64,000 nucleotides of DNA from Octopus bimaculoides (taxonomy: Eukaryota): positions 28,279,916 through 28,343,915 of the forward strand of contig NC_068988.1 in NCBI RefSeq assembly GCF_001194135.2, written 5' to 3'. Positions 12,236 to 25,770 of this stretch are shown piece after piece. The notes beneath the pieces were generated by a model, which worked only from the letters and a program-made list of their open reading frames with translations, was not told where the DNA came from and ran no database searches. Both the position numbers and the translations under genes were made by a program. Within the stretch, counting starts at the first letter, position 1. Every line of letters begins with the position of its first letter.

Positions 12236-14114
12236 TGCTAAGAGCAGAAAGCAATGGTCAGAACACTGAAAACAAAATATTTTAAAATTAATATAATTCT
12301 TTAAATCAAACCAAATGATATATTACAAAAAGAAAGAAAGAAAGAAAGAAGAAATAGAAATTGAATATCTGTTTACACATAAACTAATATAGTTTGAAAA
12401 CCAAGCTGAAATGGGTGGGATGCGGCTGTGAATATTAGTCCCAGCTCCAATCTGGTTTGCCATATAAACCTAATAATGTAGTCTGAGTAATTAATCCAAA
12501 ACTTCACTGTAATTAATATCCTTCCATAATTCTGCACCCAGATTGAAAAAGCCGGTAATGCAAGCCAGCAGAATACCATTATGCTATATATACAAAACAG
12601 CTTTGAATTGCACAGTTAACAGTAGCAATGCAGATTGTGTTACAACTTACTAGCAATTCTGGTAAAAGGAATTAAAAAAATATATATTTAAATAGGATTT
12701 TTAAAAATGTATATATTAAAAAAAAAAGACGAGAAAGCAAGACTGTTATTGCCTGAGGCTAGAGGCTTGGAGCTCAGTTTGTTGATTCAAAAGGAAATTT
12801 TAAGTCACAAATGCTCAGAGTTAGGGAGAAGTCAATTGAGATTAGGTCAACTGGAAAGTAAGCGACTTCTTTATTTAGCAAGTTAGTGCTGGTGTAACTT
12901 TTCCAGCTTTTGATGCTTCTTTTTTGTTATTCTTTTTAGCTTGGTCAAAGGTAGGAGAGTATACGGAGTTGAATTGGCACATGTGTGTGTGTGTGTGGTG
13001 GGGGAGATGACTTAGACATTCCCATTTATTAATTGGGCAACTGATTTTCAGCAACTGAGGTCTCAAAACTTGAGAGACCTTAGAAAATGTGAAACAGCAT
13101 ATGGCTTATAAATGTTGGAAAACTAATGAGAGAGAGAGACAGACAGACAGCAAAAACTACTAGATTTTAATTCAGTCTGGAGCAAAAATACATTATGATT
13201 GAAATTGCAGTATTTTCTATATTACTTACAATCAATTTTTTTTTTTATCATGAAACTTTTACTAGAGTATTCTAGCTGTGACTGTCTGATATTGGATTGA
13301 GTTAAACTGATTCACAAAATATGCATTTTTTAAAAGGAAGTAAAAAATCTGAAACTTGGCTATAATAATGTAGGTTTCCAGTCTTATTGCTATGAAGGTA
13401 TGATATTGTGGAGAAAAAAACTGGAGGAAAAAGTTACAGAGGCTTAAAAATTGAAAAAAACTGTGTATTTTTAGCCAATAGCAAGATAGAAATTTTCTGC
13501 ATTTAGTGGAGCAGTGTCAACTCTAAGGTTGTACCCTGTGAAATTTATAGTTTTGTGTCTGTGACATGACCTGTTCATTGTAGGTTTCTAAATAAACAGA
13601 AATACCAAATAAAATCAACATGAATCATCTTACTGTTTCTTTTGTCTCTTCATTGATTGTATGTTTTTATCATTTTTTAAAAATTTGTTATATTAATATA
13701 TTTGTCTGCATGTGTTTACTTTATGCGTACTTCAGTATTATGTATACCTATCATGTATTTGTGTACATCATTAATATATAAGTGCATGTTTGTGTGTGTG
13801 AAAAGGGGGCACCTGTCTCCAAAACTCCAAAGTCGAGTAACGCTTTCATGTTTAGATTTGTAAACTATGATAAGAATAACACTGGTCAATAAAAGAATTT
13901 GTCCCAAGAAAAATAATACCTGTATGAAAATTATACGAAATGAAAAATATGTAAAAATACTAACACACAGAAGCACAGAAAAATATGTAATATACTAACA
14001 CAAAGAAAAATTAAAACAAAACACATGGGTGAAAAGAATCTTGTGGTGTGAAGAATCAACACAGAATAACGTGTGACACAGACATGGGTAAAGTGAAACA
14101 CAGCACAGTGTGCG

Positions 14115-14162
14115 GTAGTCATGGTAACAAACTGCTGATGCCACGCTGTCTGTTGATTGGCT
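14115..14162. promoter_or_regulatory. Looser X-box (GTAGTCATGGTAAC) plus CCAAT box (TGATTGGCT)
   Basis: Fits GTHNYYATRRNAAC at 14115-14128; inverted CCAAT at 14154-14162; several CpGs nearby. Confidence 0.3.
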
Positions 14163-14728
14163 AAAATTACCCATCAGATTCTTTAATTTACGAGATAAAG
14201 TAATTAGTTAATCGTAATCAAAATTCAGAGTTACATCGATACGCCAAAACTGAAAGCAATCTGAGCAAAATTAAAGGGGGCTTGTTTTGTGAATGAAACT
14301 AACTAGATCCCCCATATTTTCTGACATAATGTGTCTAGGACAATGCCTACTGTAAATGGTTGAGTTCATGAAGATTAGGTTGCTATTTCTAACAGGTTGA
14401 TTGACCTTCATTTGCTCACTGGCTTTCTATATTAGTCAGAAGAGAAGCAACAGTGGCAGTGACCTTGACCTTTGCAAGCACTCCCAGAAAAGGTGAAACT
14501 GATGTGGTTGATGCCCACACTAATCATCTGCAGGTCAATACCCGCATGTGTACGTTTGTGTGTGTGAGTGTGTTTGTGTTTGCAGGAATGGTAGGGAGTG
14601 GTGTGTCAAATGGTTGCAACAATGTGAACTCTATTAAAGGCACCTAAAAATCTAGTAGTGGTAGTGTGAAACTCGGTGATATGTAAGGTTTGTTACTTTC
14701 AGTAAACTTCTGACAAGAAGGAAATAAT

Positions 14729-15272
14729 TTAACTGTTTAGCATTTAAACTGGCCATATCTGGCCCAAATATTCTTTCTGTTTTATGTTCCAACCCGTCAG
14801 ATCCAACTTCTCACACCTATCCTATAATGTCATTCTAAAAATAAGAAAGTCACATCATCGATATCATGAAGCTACAAGATAATGCATAATTAATTCAAAA
14901 CAATCATCATCATCATCATCATCGTTGTTTAACATCCGCTTTCCATGCTAGCATGGGTTGGACGATTTGACTGAGGACTGGTGAGCCAGATGGTTACACC
15001 AGGCTCCGATCTGATTTGGCAGAGTTTCTACAGCTGGATGCCCTTCCTAACGCCAACCACTCCAAGAATGTAGTGGGTGCTTTTACATGCCACCGGCACA
15101 AAGGCCAGTCAGGCGGTACTGGCAACAGCCACGCTCGAAATGGTGTATTTTACGTGTCACCTGCTCAGGAGCCAGTCCAGTGGCACTGGCAACGAACTCG
15201 CTCGAATGTCTTTTCACGTGTGAATAAATAAGCATTTCATCTGATAGAGTATTCTGAATGCTAAAGGGTTAA
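14729..15272. mobile_element. piggyBac-type MITE split by a SINE insertion
   Basis: The left half ends at ttcaaaacaat (about 14903) and the right half resumes at gtgaataaataagc (about 15218); TTAA at both outer ends. Confidence 0.8.
14903..15218 (-). mobile_element. SINE-like family C with RTE-type 3' tail and (TGA)n
   Basis: Ends gtccaacccatgctagcatggaaagcggatgttaaacaac(gat)n. Other copies at about 1195-1490, 1600-1870, 3850-4040, 7760-8143, 8378-8590, 10870-11110, 23470-23680, 31405-31610, 35940-36210, 40200-40490, 42373-42735, 54395-54560, 54790-55020, 57625-57880, 60450-60600, 61150-61265, 62620-62880 and 63190-63350. Confidence 0.75.
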
Positions 15273-15529
15273 AGTCAATTAATATAAAATTTGAAGATAT
15301 ATATGGAGGAAAGAGAAAAAGGATGAGGTCAAAGTTAATGTTATCAAGTTTTAAGTCCTAAGACATTTGATAAGAATCTAGTTTAAGGCCAATGAAATCT
15401 ATCAGTTTTTATTAATATTGGTTTCAAATTTTGGCACAAGGCCAGCAATTTCAAGGAAACAGGTAAGTTAATTCCATCAACCCTAGTACGTAACTGGTAT
15501 TTATCAGCTCGCCACCTTACAGCTTTTAT

Positions 15530-15870
15530 CAGTATTAAGCAACAGAGAAGAAGATAGAAGCCTATGAGATGTGGATCTTGGATCTTTCACAGATTGCGCA
15601 GAATAAGCTGGAAAGACAGGACAACAAATGCTGCAGTACAAGAAAAGCTTAAAGCACTAAAGCACATATTATTGAAAACCAAGCCTACAAAACTATCATA
15701 TTTCGAACATATGACGTGTCACAAAACATTGACCAAGGCCATCGTAATGGCATCAAAGAATGGACTGGAAACAAGAGCCTGGCTGATTGTATACATATAG
15801 CACAACACAAAAGGAACTGGAGGCAAACCGAGCCCTGGGTACAACGAAGGCATCTGACTGATGATGAAGT
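15530..15870 (+). mobile_element. Decayed RTE-clade LINE 3' fragment
   Basis: EKKIEAYEMW / RLRRISWKDRTTNAAVQEKL...KLSYFEHM matches the RTE/BovB-type AFEMW..RRL.RISWKD..TN..V and L.YFGH motifs. Confidence 0.75.
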
Positions 15871-16699
15871 AGTAATGATAAAATTTATGGTCTTTAGTCT
15901 CTGGGTCAGGCCTGATCATAAGCATACCAGCCTTGACCATCCATCCTTTTTTTTTTTCTTTGAGACAGGAAAGAGTGATTAAGTGTAAGCTGGTATATAT
16001 TAAATGTTCCTGTTGTCAGGCATATAGCCACTCATCTTGCCATATTCTTTTTTGTGCTAATTCATCTGTGAAATTAACTTCATCCTAACCCCTTCGCTTC
16101 TTTCCACATCTTCCTTGATGTTATTCAGCCATGAATATCATTGTCAATATACAGCAATTGTTCACCTCCCACCCCACCCCACCCCACCCCATATCCATTC
16201 ACACCATGAGTTCATGCCATTACAGTAATCTCTCCTAAATACACCAATTGATGCCTTTCATGCTTAGCTCTTCTCCCAGATCACTTGGGCCTTGTATGCT
16301 ACGTACATTAACACTACACATCTAACAAGCTTCAATCACCTCACATCTTTCTGGTCACTACAAATCTTCCAACATCACCACAACAGCAGCAGCAACCACC
16401 ACCGATCCATCTCTGCAGCTGCAGCCAGTGCCGCTGCTGCTGTCAATCCCTGGACATTAATACCTCAAATCCTAAGACTCATATGGCCAGTTGCCCAGTT
16501 TCCATGGCATATAAATGACTGATATTACAAACATTCCCCCTGGACGAGACACCGGCCAGTCACCGAGTTGCTCATTTACAGCTGAGTGAAATGGAGCAAT
16601 GTGAAATGAACAAAACATACCCCACTATCCAGGAATCAAAAACTATGATCCTGCAATCATGAACGCAACAGCCTGACCACTAAGTCACATGCCTACTTT

Positions 16700-16985
16700 C
16701 ACTGCCCGTGTCCATTTCATGTCCCAACCTCTCTCATTCTCTGTACTGTGCCTCATTCCACAAATCCTCTATGAAAGAATTCTCTCAATCCTTTCTTTCC
16801 AGTCTGGAGATCTCTGTGAATCTCTCCTCCCCCATCCGACATTTCTCATACAGCGTATATGAAAGTTTCAACCCAACATTAATTGCTTCAACGCCACCAG
16901 TCAAGGAGTGGTGGGGTTATAAAGGTCATGCGTGAGGTCTTTGCCTTCCCCAACTAAATTAAACAATAAATAAATAAATAAACAA
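16700..16985 (+). mobile_element. Probable LINE 3' end with (AATA)n tail
   Basis: GC-richer segment ending gaggtctttgccttccccaactaaattaaac(aata)n; no intact motif. Confidence 0.3.
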
Positions 16986-17649
16986 ATGATTTCCAATTTC
17001 TCATACAGCATTGGATGAAAATGCAGGGAATATAGAATTTATTCATGTCTTTCATGTGACTGAGACACAACTTTTATGGTTGCCGTTATGGCTAGAACAC
17101 GTCAATGTTTTATTGAAATGTTATCATGTGTATGAACATGCACGTACATGTTAATATATGTATATTCATTTTGTCTGTCTTTACGTTCTGAGTTCAAATT
17201 CCGCCGAAGTCGACTTTGCCTTTCATCCTTTCGGGGTTGATAAATTAAGTACTAGTTGCGTACTGGGGTCAATCTAATCGACTGGCCTCCCTTCCCCAAA
17301 ATTTCAGGCCTAGTGCCTAGAGTAGAAAAGAATATATGTATATCTATTAAGGTGGTGAACTGGTAGAATTGTTAGCATGCTGGATGAAATGCTTAGTGGC
17401 ATTTTGTCCTCTTAATGTTCTGAGTTTAAATTCCAGCGAGGTTAACTTTGCCTTTCATCATTTTGGGATCAATAAGATAAGCATCAGTGGAGTACAGGGG
17501 TCGATGTAATTAATGTATCCCCTCACACAAAATTACTGTTGTTGAGTTAAAATTTGAAACCAATGTATGGATATTCATTCTAGCATGTATGTGTGTATTC
17601 ATATTCACATATATGTAATGGTGTGCCAATACACATGCATACGTGTTCA

Positions 17650-18019
17650 TTCTTTTATTCTTTTGCTTGTGTCAGTCATCTGACTGCGGCCATGCTGCAG
17701 CAATGCCTTTAGTCAAATAAATCAATCTCAGGACTTATTCTTTGTGAGCTTACTCCTTATTCTTTTGATCTCTTTTGTCGAACCGCTAAGTTATGGGGAC
17801 GTAAATGTACCAACATTGGTTGTCAAGTGATGGTAGGTGGGGACAAACACAGACACACAAATACACACACACACGTGATGATGGGCTTCTTTCAGTTTCT
17901 GTCAACCAAATCCACTCACAAGTCTTTGGTCAGCCTGAGGCTATAGTAGAAGACACTTGCCCAAAGTACCACACAATGGCACTGAACCTGGAACCATGTG
18001 GTTGGGAAGCAAGCTTCCT
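17650..18019 (-). mobile_element. SINE family A
   Basis: Reverse complement of tail, (CA)n, core and head. Confidence 0.8.
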
Positions 18020-18784
18020 ATTTCTTTACTGCCCACAAGGATTAGTAGCAAGTTCCTCATACTTACTACAAGAAACCAGTCAGGAGTTTAGAAAAAGAAA
18101 TAGAAAAAAAAAATTGTGATGACATCCAATCTGGTTTTGGATTTGATTCTCAAAGATAAAAAAAGAATATGTTAATGTATTTTAAATTCCATTACAAACA
18201 GTTACCAATTAGAGCATATGTACAACACATACACACACACACACACTTTCTCTCTATCTCTCTCTCTCTCACACACACATACACACACACACTGAGCCCA
18301 TTCAACCAATTTAAAGCGAATGTATTTATACAAAGGAAGTGTTATTTGAAGAAATTGCTACTAAAGCAATCACACCAACAGTGAGGTTTGATTAATATTA
18401 CAAATTCCTTTTGATAAATACATTTGACTGATGGATGTGTGAGAAGGAAACATAAATGGCTGAAAATATTAGCAAGACTTAATATTTTTACTGTAGTCTT
18501 TTTGATTTTTTTTATTATTCTTTTAACTTAATTCAATCATTTGGATTGTGGTCATGCTGGGGCACCCACCACCTTCAAGAGTTTCAGTTGAATAAATTAA
18601 CCCCAGTACTTTGTTCAATAAACCTGGTACTTAATTTTATTACACTCTTTTGCTGAACTGTTAAGTTACACACATGTACACACACACACTCACACACACA
18701 CACACACAGAGACACACGCGCACAAGCATACACAAACACAAGCACACATACACAAGCACACATACACACACACATGCATGCACG

Positions 18785-18836
<52 letters not shown>

Positions 18837-20730
18837 TGACAGGCATCTTCTACAAAAGCCACTCCCAAATCAATCATGTATTATTTTGTAGCTTCAAGAT
18901 TTCAATGATGTGCTTGTACATTTTTAAAATGACATTGTAGTGCAGGTGTGAGAAGTTGGATCTGGTCAGTTTTAAACAAAACAGGTAGAATATTCAGAGC
19001 AAGATATGGCTAGATTAAATGCTAATGGGTTAATTGATCCTGAAAGGATGAACTGCAAAATCGACCTTGATAGAATTTGAACTCAAAACATAAAGAGCCA
19101 GAGGAAATGCTGCTAAGCACCTTATCGAACATGCTATTGATTGATTATGCCAGCTTGCTGCCATTTAGATAATAATACAGTAAAAAAAAGAACAAACAAA
19201 AATGCTATAGTAATATGAGTTTCGTGACTTTTAATGAAAAGACTCCAAAAATTTAATGATAGAAATTGAAGAAACAAAGACGACTTAACAGATGTCTTAT
19301 ACAGCAACCATTATCATATTCTTCATCTGGTGAAGGTTATCGAAACTACTGTCACCTATAATTGTTAGAATATACAGAAGTATGCTGCTAGTTTCCCCTA
19401 CTCCAAACAGAGGAAGAGTCAGATTGGATTAGTTTATCAGAAGTCAATGCTAAACAACTGGGGACAACATTTCCTATATCAATGCTGCCACAGTGATGAC
19501 AATTCAAGCTAGGAATTGGTTTTCATAGCTTGGTGACTAATATTAAAAAATCTCCCACAATACTACAACCAGTCATAGAAAGTGCTAAGTTTCTTATCTG
19601 AACACATTCAGTTCATTCCAGAGCTGATAGTATATGTAGAACTGTCAAACACCTTTTTTTTTCTAGGGTTCTCCCACGTTATTTCCTGTTCTATTTTAAC
19701 ATTAAACACTGTATGGGTTTTTTTTTTTTCCTTGAAAAAAAAAAAAAAGGAAAATTAATTTCTCACACTGTGCTTTGACAAAAATTTATGCTGATAAAGC
19801 AGAGATGCAAATATAGGAGCTGGGAAAAAAAACTGTTTCCTAAAGGCCATTACAAAAGATTTACAGCAGTGAATACTCACAGGTTGTACACTACAACAAC
19901 AAACAAATCCACACAGTGAATGTAAATGGATTTAAAAGACAAATAAATAAATAAAATTCCCATGACCTTTACTTGTTGCAACAGGGGTATTTCTTTTTCT
20001 TTCTTTCTCTAGTTTCCATTACTTCTATATTGATTTATCAGGAATTTGAACTATCCATCAGATATTTGAAGCTACTTATCAAAGAATATCAATTACTTGT
20101 CAATAATTTATACAAAACTAACCATTATTTGATAACCAATTGAAAGATATGATGTCAAGTTGGTGTTAAACACAACTGGATAATTGATATAGAGTTTAAA
20201 TTTAAAAGTTATGAATTCCAATCGTGTCTTCCATCTCTTGTACAATAATGGCTCCAAAGTTTGGCACAAGGCCAGCAATTTTAAGAGCAGTAGATAAATC
20301 GATTATATTGACCGCAGTGATCAACTGGTATTTGTTTTATCAATCTTGAAAGGATGAAGCACAAAGTCAATATTGCTGGAATTTGAATTCAGAATGCAAA
20401 GAACCAGAAGAAATGCAGCTAAGCATCTCATCTGAAGCGTCAACATTTCTGCCAGTTTGCTACCTGAATCTTTTTTAATAATAATAATAATAATAATAAT
20501 AATATAAAATTTTTGCCACAAGGGCAACTTAGGGGAGGTGGGGGATGAGTCAATTACCTCGACCCCAGTGCTCAACTTCTATTTATCTTATCAACCCCGA
20601 AAGGATGAAAGGCAAAGTCGTCGACCTTGGCAGAATTTGAACTCAGAATGTAGCAACAGGCGAAATACTGGTAAGCATTCCGTCCAGTGTACTAATAATT
20701 CTGCCAGCTCGCCGCTTTAATAATAATAAT

Positions 20731-21493
20731 GGAAATGGACAAGAAACAATAAATCATATTATCTCTGGCTGCCCAGTCCTGGCTAAGAAGGAATATATTC
20801 ACAGACACAACAGAGCTGGGACTATATACACTGGAAGCTATGCCAACACTATGGAATAACAACAGAAAAAAGATGGTATAAACACACGCCAGAAAAGGTC
20901 ACAGAAAACGAGAAAGCAACCATACTCTGGGATATGCCAATACACACAGATAGAGAAATTAAGGCAAATAGACCAGATATAGTTGTCAAAGATCATGAAG
21001 AAAAAAAATGCTTTCTAATTGATGTATCAATACCAGCAGATGACAACGTTTCTCTAAAAGAAATGGNNNNNNNNNNNNNNNNNNNNNNNNNNNNNNNNNN
21101 NNNNNNNNNNNNNNNNNNNNNNNNNNNNNNNNNNNNNNNNNNNNNNNNNNNNNNNNNNNNNNNNNNNNNNNNNNNNNNNNNNNNNNNNNNAAGACCTGGA
21201 AATAGAGATAACTCGAATGTGGAATCTAAAAATAGAAACAATTCCTATCATAGTAGGTGCCTTAGGTATAATAAAAAAATCTTCAGACAAATACATAACA
21301 AAAACACCAGGACTTACAAATATATATAACATACAGAAAATTGCACTACTGGGTACTGCACACATTCTACGCAAAACACTTTCAATACAGTAAACATAAG
21401 AGCACCACAGCAAACCACAGCACATACCCAAGGCGCACAGAGCTGCGCTCGGTAGTGAAGTGAAAGTACGTTATAAAAATAAAACTACTGAAC

Positions 21494-21531
<38 letters not shown>
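20731..21531 (+). mobile_element. 5'-truncated non-LTR retrotransposon with restriction-like endonuclease (R4/Dong-like clade)
   Basis: Translation ETINHIISGCPVLAKKEYIHRHN / HWKLCQHY...ILWDMPIHTDREIKANRPDIVV...FLIDVSIP...(N gap)...IVGALG...QKIALLGTAHILRK* shows the zinc-knuckle end, RHN and PD..D motifs of RLE. One frameshift near 20822, stop at 21391-21393, about 100 bp 3'UTR, (TAA)n on both sides. Confidence 0.9.
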
Positions 21532-21532
<1 letters not shown>

Positions 21533-22021
21533 CCTTTCTACTGGAAGCACAAGGCCTGAAAATATGGGGGAGGGGGCTAGATGATTACATCAACCTTATT
21601 GCTCAACTGGTACTTATTTTATTGACCCGCAAAAGGATGAAAGGCAAAGTCAACCTTGGTAGAATTTGAACTCAAAGCAAAGTAAATTGAATTGAAAACA
21701 CGTGACTTGAAGTAACAGAATTATAATAATGAATCAGAGCTATTGGGTTTTAAAAGTAGCAGAAATTCATGGAAAATATATACAGTGTCATTTAGAGAAG
21801 GTCTGAATAATTACACCATTTGTAATCGACTCATCTCCACCTCCTCTAAGCTGCCCTTGTGGCAAAAATTTTATATTATTATTATTATTATTATTATGTT
21901 GTTGTTTTTTACTTCTTTCTTCAAATTTTCTTCCATTTCTCGACGAGTGTTTTCCATACACCTAGGGCAGAGAAACTCATTGTATGCATTCTCAGTTTAC
22001 ACAGGCAAATTCACATTATTA

Positions 22022-22056
<35 letters not shown>

Positions 22057-24887
22057 TGTCCCGTATCTATTTGGCAATTTGTTTTTCTATTCATTCTACT
22101 ACCTTTAAAGGTAAAAGTGAACTGCATTGGAAATGAAAGTGAATTCTAAAATTGGTTCTAGATTTCAAATCCTTTATATGTTTAAGTCCTGAGCAGACTT
22201 CCTAACCACATAAAGTTCCCTTCTACTATAGACATGAAATTTTGAAGGGAGGGGTTAGTCACTTACATCAACTGGTACTTATTTTATCAACCCTGTAACG
22301 ATAAAAGTCAAAGTCAATCTCGGCAGAATTTGAACTCAGAATATAAAAGCACAAGAAATGCCGCTAAGCATTTTGTCCGGTGTGCTAACAATTCTGCCAG
22401 CCTGCTGCCTTTCCTAATGAGAAAAATGGAAGTTACTCTTGGTTAGGAAGGTTATAAGACCTAATAAATAATAAAATAGCGTATATCATACTACATAGCA
22501 AAAAAAATGATAGAGTATCCGTCACTATGTTAGAATTCAAATTTAATATTTGTGCTTTTGTTGAAATTAAAACTTTTAAAATGAAAGTCCCACACACACA
22601 CACACAAAATTACTCAGACATTTTAGTTCCTTGAATGACACACATGTTTGTGCTACAAAGCATGCAAGCAAATGCTGGTGGTATTCCACATCTGCGATAT
22701 TTCAACGCAGTTAAGATAGTGCAGTGATTCAGCATAATTAGTAAGATTAGTCTCAATGATGCTACAGTCATTATAGACATTAAAGTACTGGTCGTTTATG
22801 TTGTAAGAATCTTGGGTCTAACAAAGATAACGGCTACAGCAGCAGCTGGGGTACTTCCATCAATGTTGTATCTATTCTATCACAAATATTAGCTGGCTAG
22901 CATCGGTACAAGAAAAATTCTGATAAATATGTTTGCCAGGCTAATATTGCAAGCTTGCTTGAGATAACTGGGTGGGATACATGACTCTTGTGTAAAGATA
23001 TTAGCAGATTCCAGAATGTTTTATGGTAACCCTCTCAAAAATGTACCAGGTATAAATTTCAAAGGAAGATATTTAAAACTAAGATGGATATCCACAGAAG
23101 TTGTTGACATTCTTTCATTTCTATTCAAGATAAAAAAAGAAAAGAAAAAAGAAAAAGAAAAAAGACCCAATTGGAGATTGAACCCTTTAACATTCAGATT
23201 ACTCTGTCAAATGTAATTCTTTAAAATTTTGGCACAAGGCCAGTAAATTTAGGGGCAGAGGGTAAGTTTTTTGCAGTTTTTGAATCCATATTTGTGATTC
23301 TTAAATAATAACAACAACAATGGTTTTAAATTTTAGCACAAGGCCAGCAATTTTGGGGGAGGAGGTAAGTTGATTACATTGGCCCAGTACTCAACTGGTA
23401 CTTATTTTATCAACCCCAAAAGGATGAAAGGTAAAGTTGACCTAATAATAAGAATAATAATAGTAACAATAATGTTATGAAGACAACTTTTCCATGCTTG
23501 CATGGCTCAGACATTTGTTGCGACAAATTTCCAATAGTGGATGCTCTACCTGTCACCAACCCACATCTATTTCTAAACAAGATATTTTCTTCACAGTCCA
23601 GACATGTTTTTATGGAAGATTGCAAACATCATCACTTGTATGACAGTGTATTTTGTTTACATCTAGAGTGTAATGTCAAGACAGGTTAGGGGGATGTAAA
23701 CAAAGCAACACCAGTCGTTAAGCATTGGTGGTGGTGGGGGTGAGACAAACACAACACACATACACACACACACACACACACATGATGGACTTCCTCAAAG
23801 TTTTCGCCTACCAAATTCACTCAGGAAGACACTGGTTGGCCCAATGGACTACAGTAGAAAACACTCAGCTAAGATGCTGTGCAGTGATTTTGAACCTGAA
23901 ACTATGGCTGCTGCAAACCAAGCTTCTTAAGCACACAGCGTTTCATAATTGCAACCATCAAGTAGCATTGTTTCAGACTTGTGGCTTCTGATGCAACTGC
24001 GCAGCATGTTGCAAATGCAATTCTTCATATCAGTTTTCTCTTTACTGTGCGCGTGTGTGTGAGTGTGCATATGTGCAACAGGGTGAAATGATGGAGAGGT
24101 TGCAGGAATATAACTCGAGACGTGAAAACATATCTGATGTTATATTTTCTGTAGATTCTCTGGATTTTCTGTCAGTTATACTAAATTCATGGTGGCTTTA
24201 TTTGTAAGTCAAGACATTCAATAAATAATTGGTTTTCAAGAATATATTACACTTTACAAGCCATTTCTTGTCAGCAGCTTTCCGCATCAGTATAGTGGAT
24301 GGGTGGGTATTATAAATGGGGGTAGCCTGCTATATAATATACTAACATTATAAATGTAGTCCCTGTACATATATGATCAATAGAAATGAGCCCACAAAGG
24401 AGCATATGCATGGTCCTCAACCTGCAGGAAATAGCAACCAAGTCTCTCTCAAATCAAAAATGAAGGACACAATGGGTAATTTAGTCCATGATGTAAAAAA
24501 AAAGGACAAGATGGTCATACTCTTTTACTCTTTTACTTGTTTCAGTCATTTGACTGCGGCCATGCTGGAGCACCGCCTTTTAGTCGAGCAAATCGACCCT
24601 AGGACTTCTTTGTAAGCCTAGTACTTATTCTATTGGTCTCTTTTGCCGAACCACTAAGTTACGGGGATGTAAGCACACCAGCATCGGTTGATTCCCTTCC
24701 TACCACCAACCCTTAGAAAGCAGATGTTGAAATGAATGACACTGATGATGATGATTAATTTAATCCAAAGACAAAGACCGGGCATAGAATAATGAACACA
24801 ATACATAAAAGTATAAATATATTGACGCATCGTTTCTTTTTTTTAACAGTGGAACTCAAAACAGATAAAGCCTTAAGCAATAGCATG

Positions 24888-25095
24888 TATGAGGGGATTT
24901 GCGGGTAAAAGGAAATACAAGAGGATAAGTTAATTACGATTTTATTCAACACATTCTTCCCCTCTCAGATTCACACACTTATTGCAGTGATCCTTCAGTT
25001 TTTCTAAGCACTGTAAAAGAACTCAGACGGTTGAACCTCCAACCAGGCCTTTCATGATACCCTTAAAGCCAGGAACTTTTCAACACCCCCTCGTA
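24888..25095. mobile_element. Tc1/mariner-derived MITE
   Basis: TA|tgagggg ... gaacttttcaacaccccctcg|TA: TA flanks, a mariner-type right TIR and a partly deleted left TIR. Confidence 0.65.
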
Positions 25096-25479
25096 TATAT
25101 TGGGTTAAATAAGCCCTTTTAGACTGCAAAAACTGAAGTTGGGTTCACATACCATGGGTAGCCTTTGACTTTTTTCATCCAAGACATTTCTTAGCACAAT
25201 ATTTACATGATATTATTTATAGCATTTTCCTTCAAGTTATACCATTACATAAAAAAAAAAGACAAAACAGATTTATTTCATGTCTCTTGAAGTTTCTAGA
25301 TTCTTCTGACATAAAGTAATATGTTTATTTACTATTCCCAATAAGTGTTCTACATAAATAAGATGGTGTTTCAAATCTGATTCGGTGTCCTTGATAAGGA
25401 TTGGTTAGATTTGAAAAGTCAAAAAACTTATGTGGGACATTCATTGAAAATATACATATATATTGACACCACACTAGAC

Positions 25480-25770
25480 AGATGAGACAAGAGATAAACT
25501 TGGTACAAGAGGAATCAATTGCAGAGTGCAAGAATGAAGACTGCATTGGAATAGACATGTGATGTGTATGGAGGATGACAGACGGGGTAAAGAATAAGGA
25601 CTGTCAGGATATCCAAGCGGAAGGAAACTGTGGAAGAGGAAGAGATGGGCAGGAATGCTAGAAATTGGCTTTGAGATATGGAACCTCACTAAAAGGATAA
25701 CTAGAGAATGAAACAAGTGCTGGAAAGGGCCCTTCCAACCCATGTGAAAAATGGAAATGTGGATATCTAT
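25480..25770 (+). mobile_element. Decayed RTE LINE 3' end
   Basis: RDKLGTRGINCRVQE*RLHWNRHVM parallels the 41.7-kb fragment. Ends in ccaacccatgtgaaaaatggaaatgtgga, like the tail of the (TGA)n-tailed SINE family. Confidence 0.6.
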
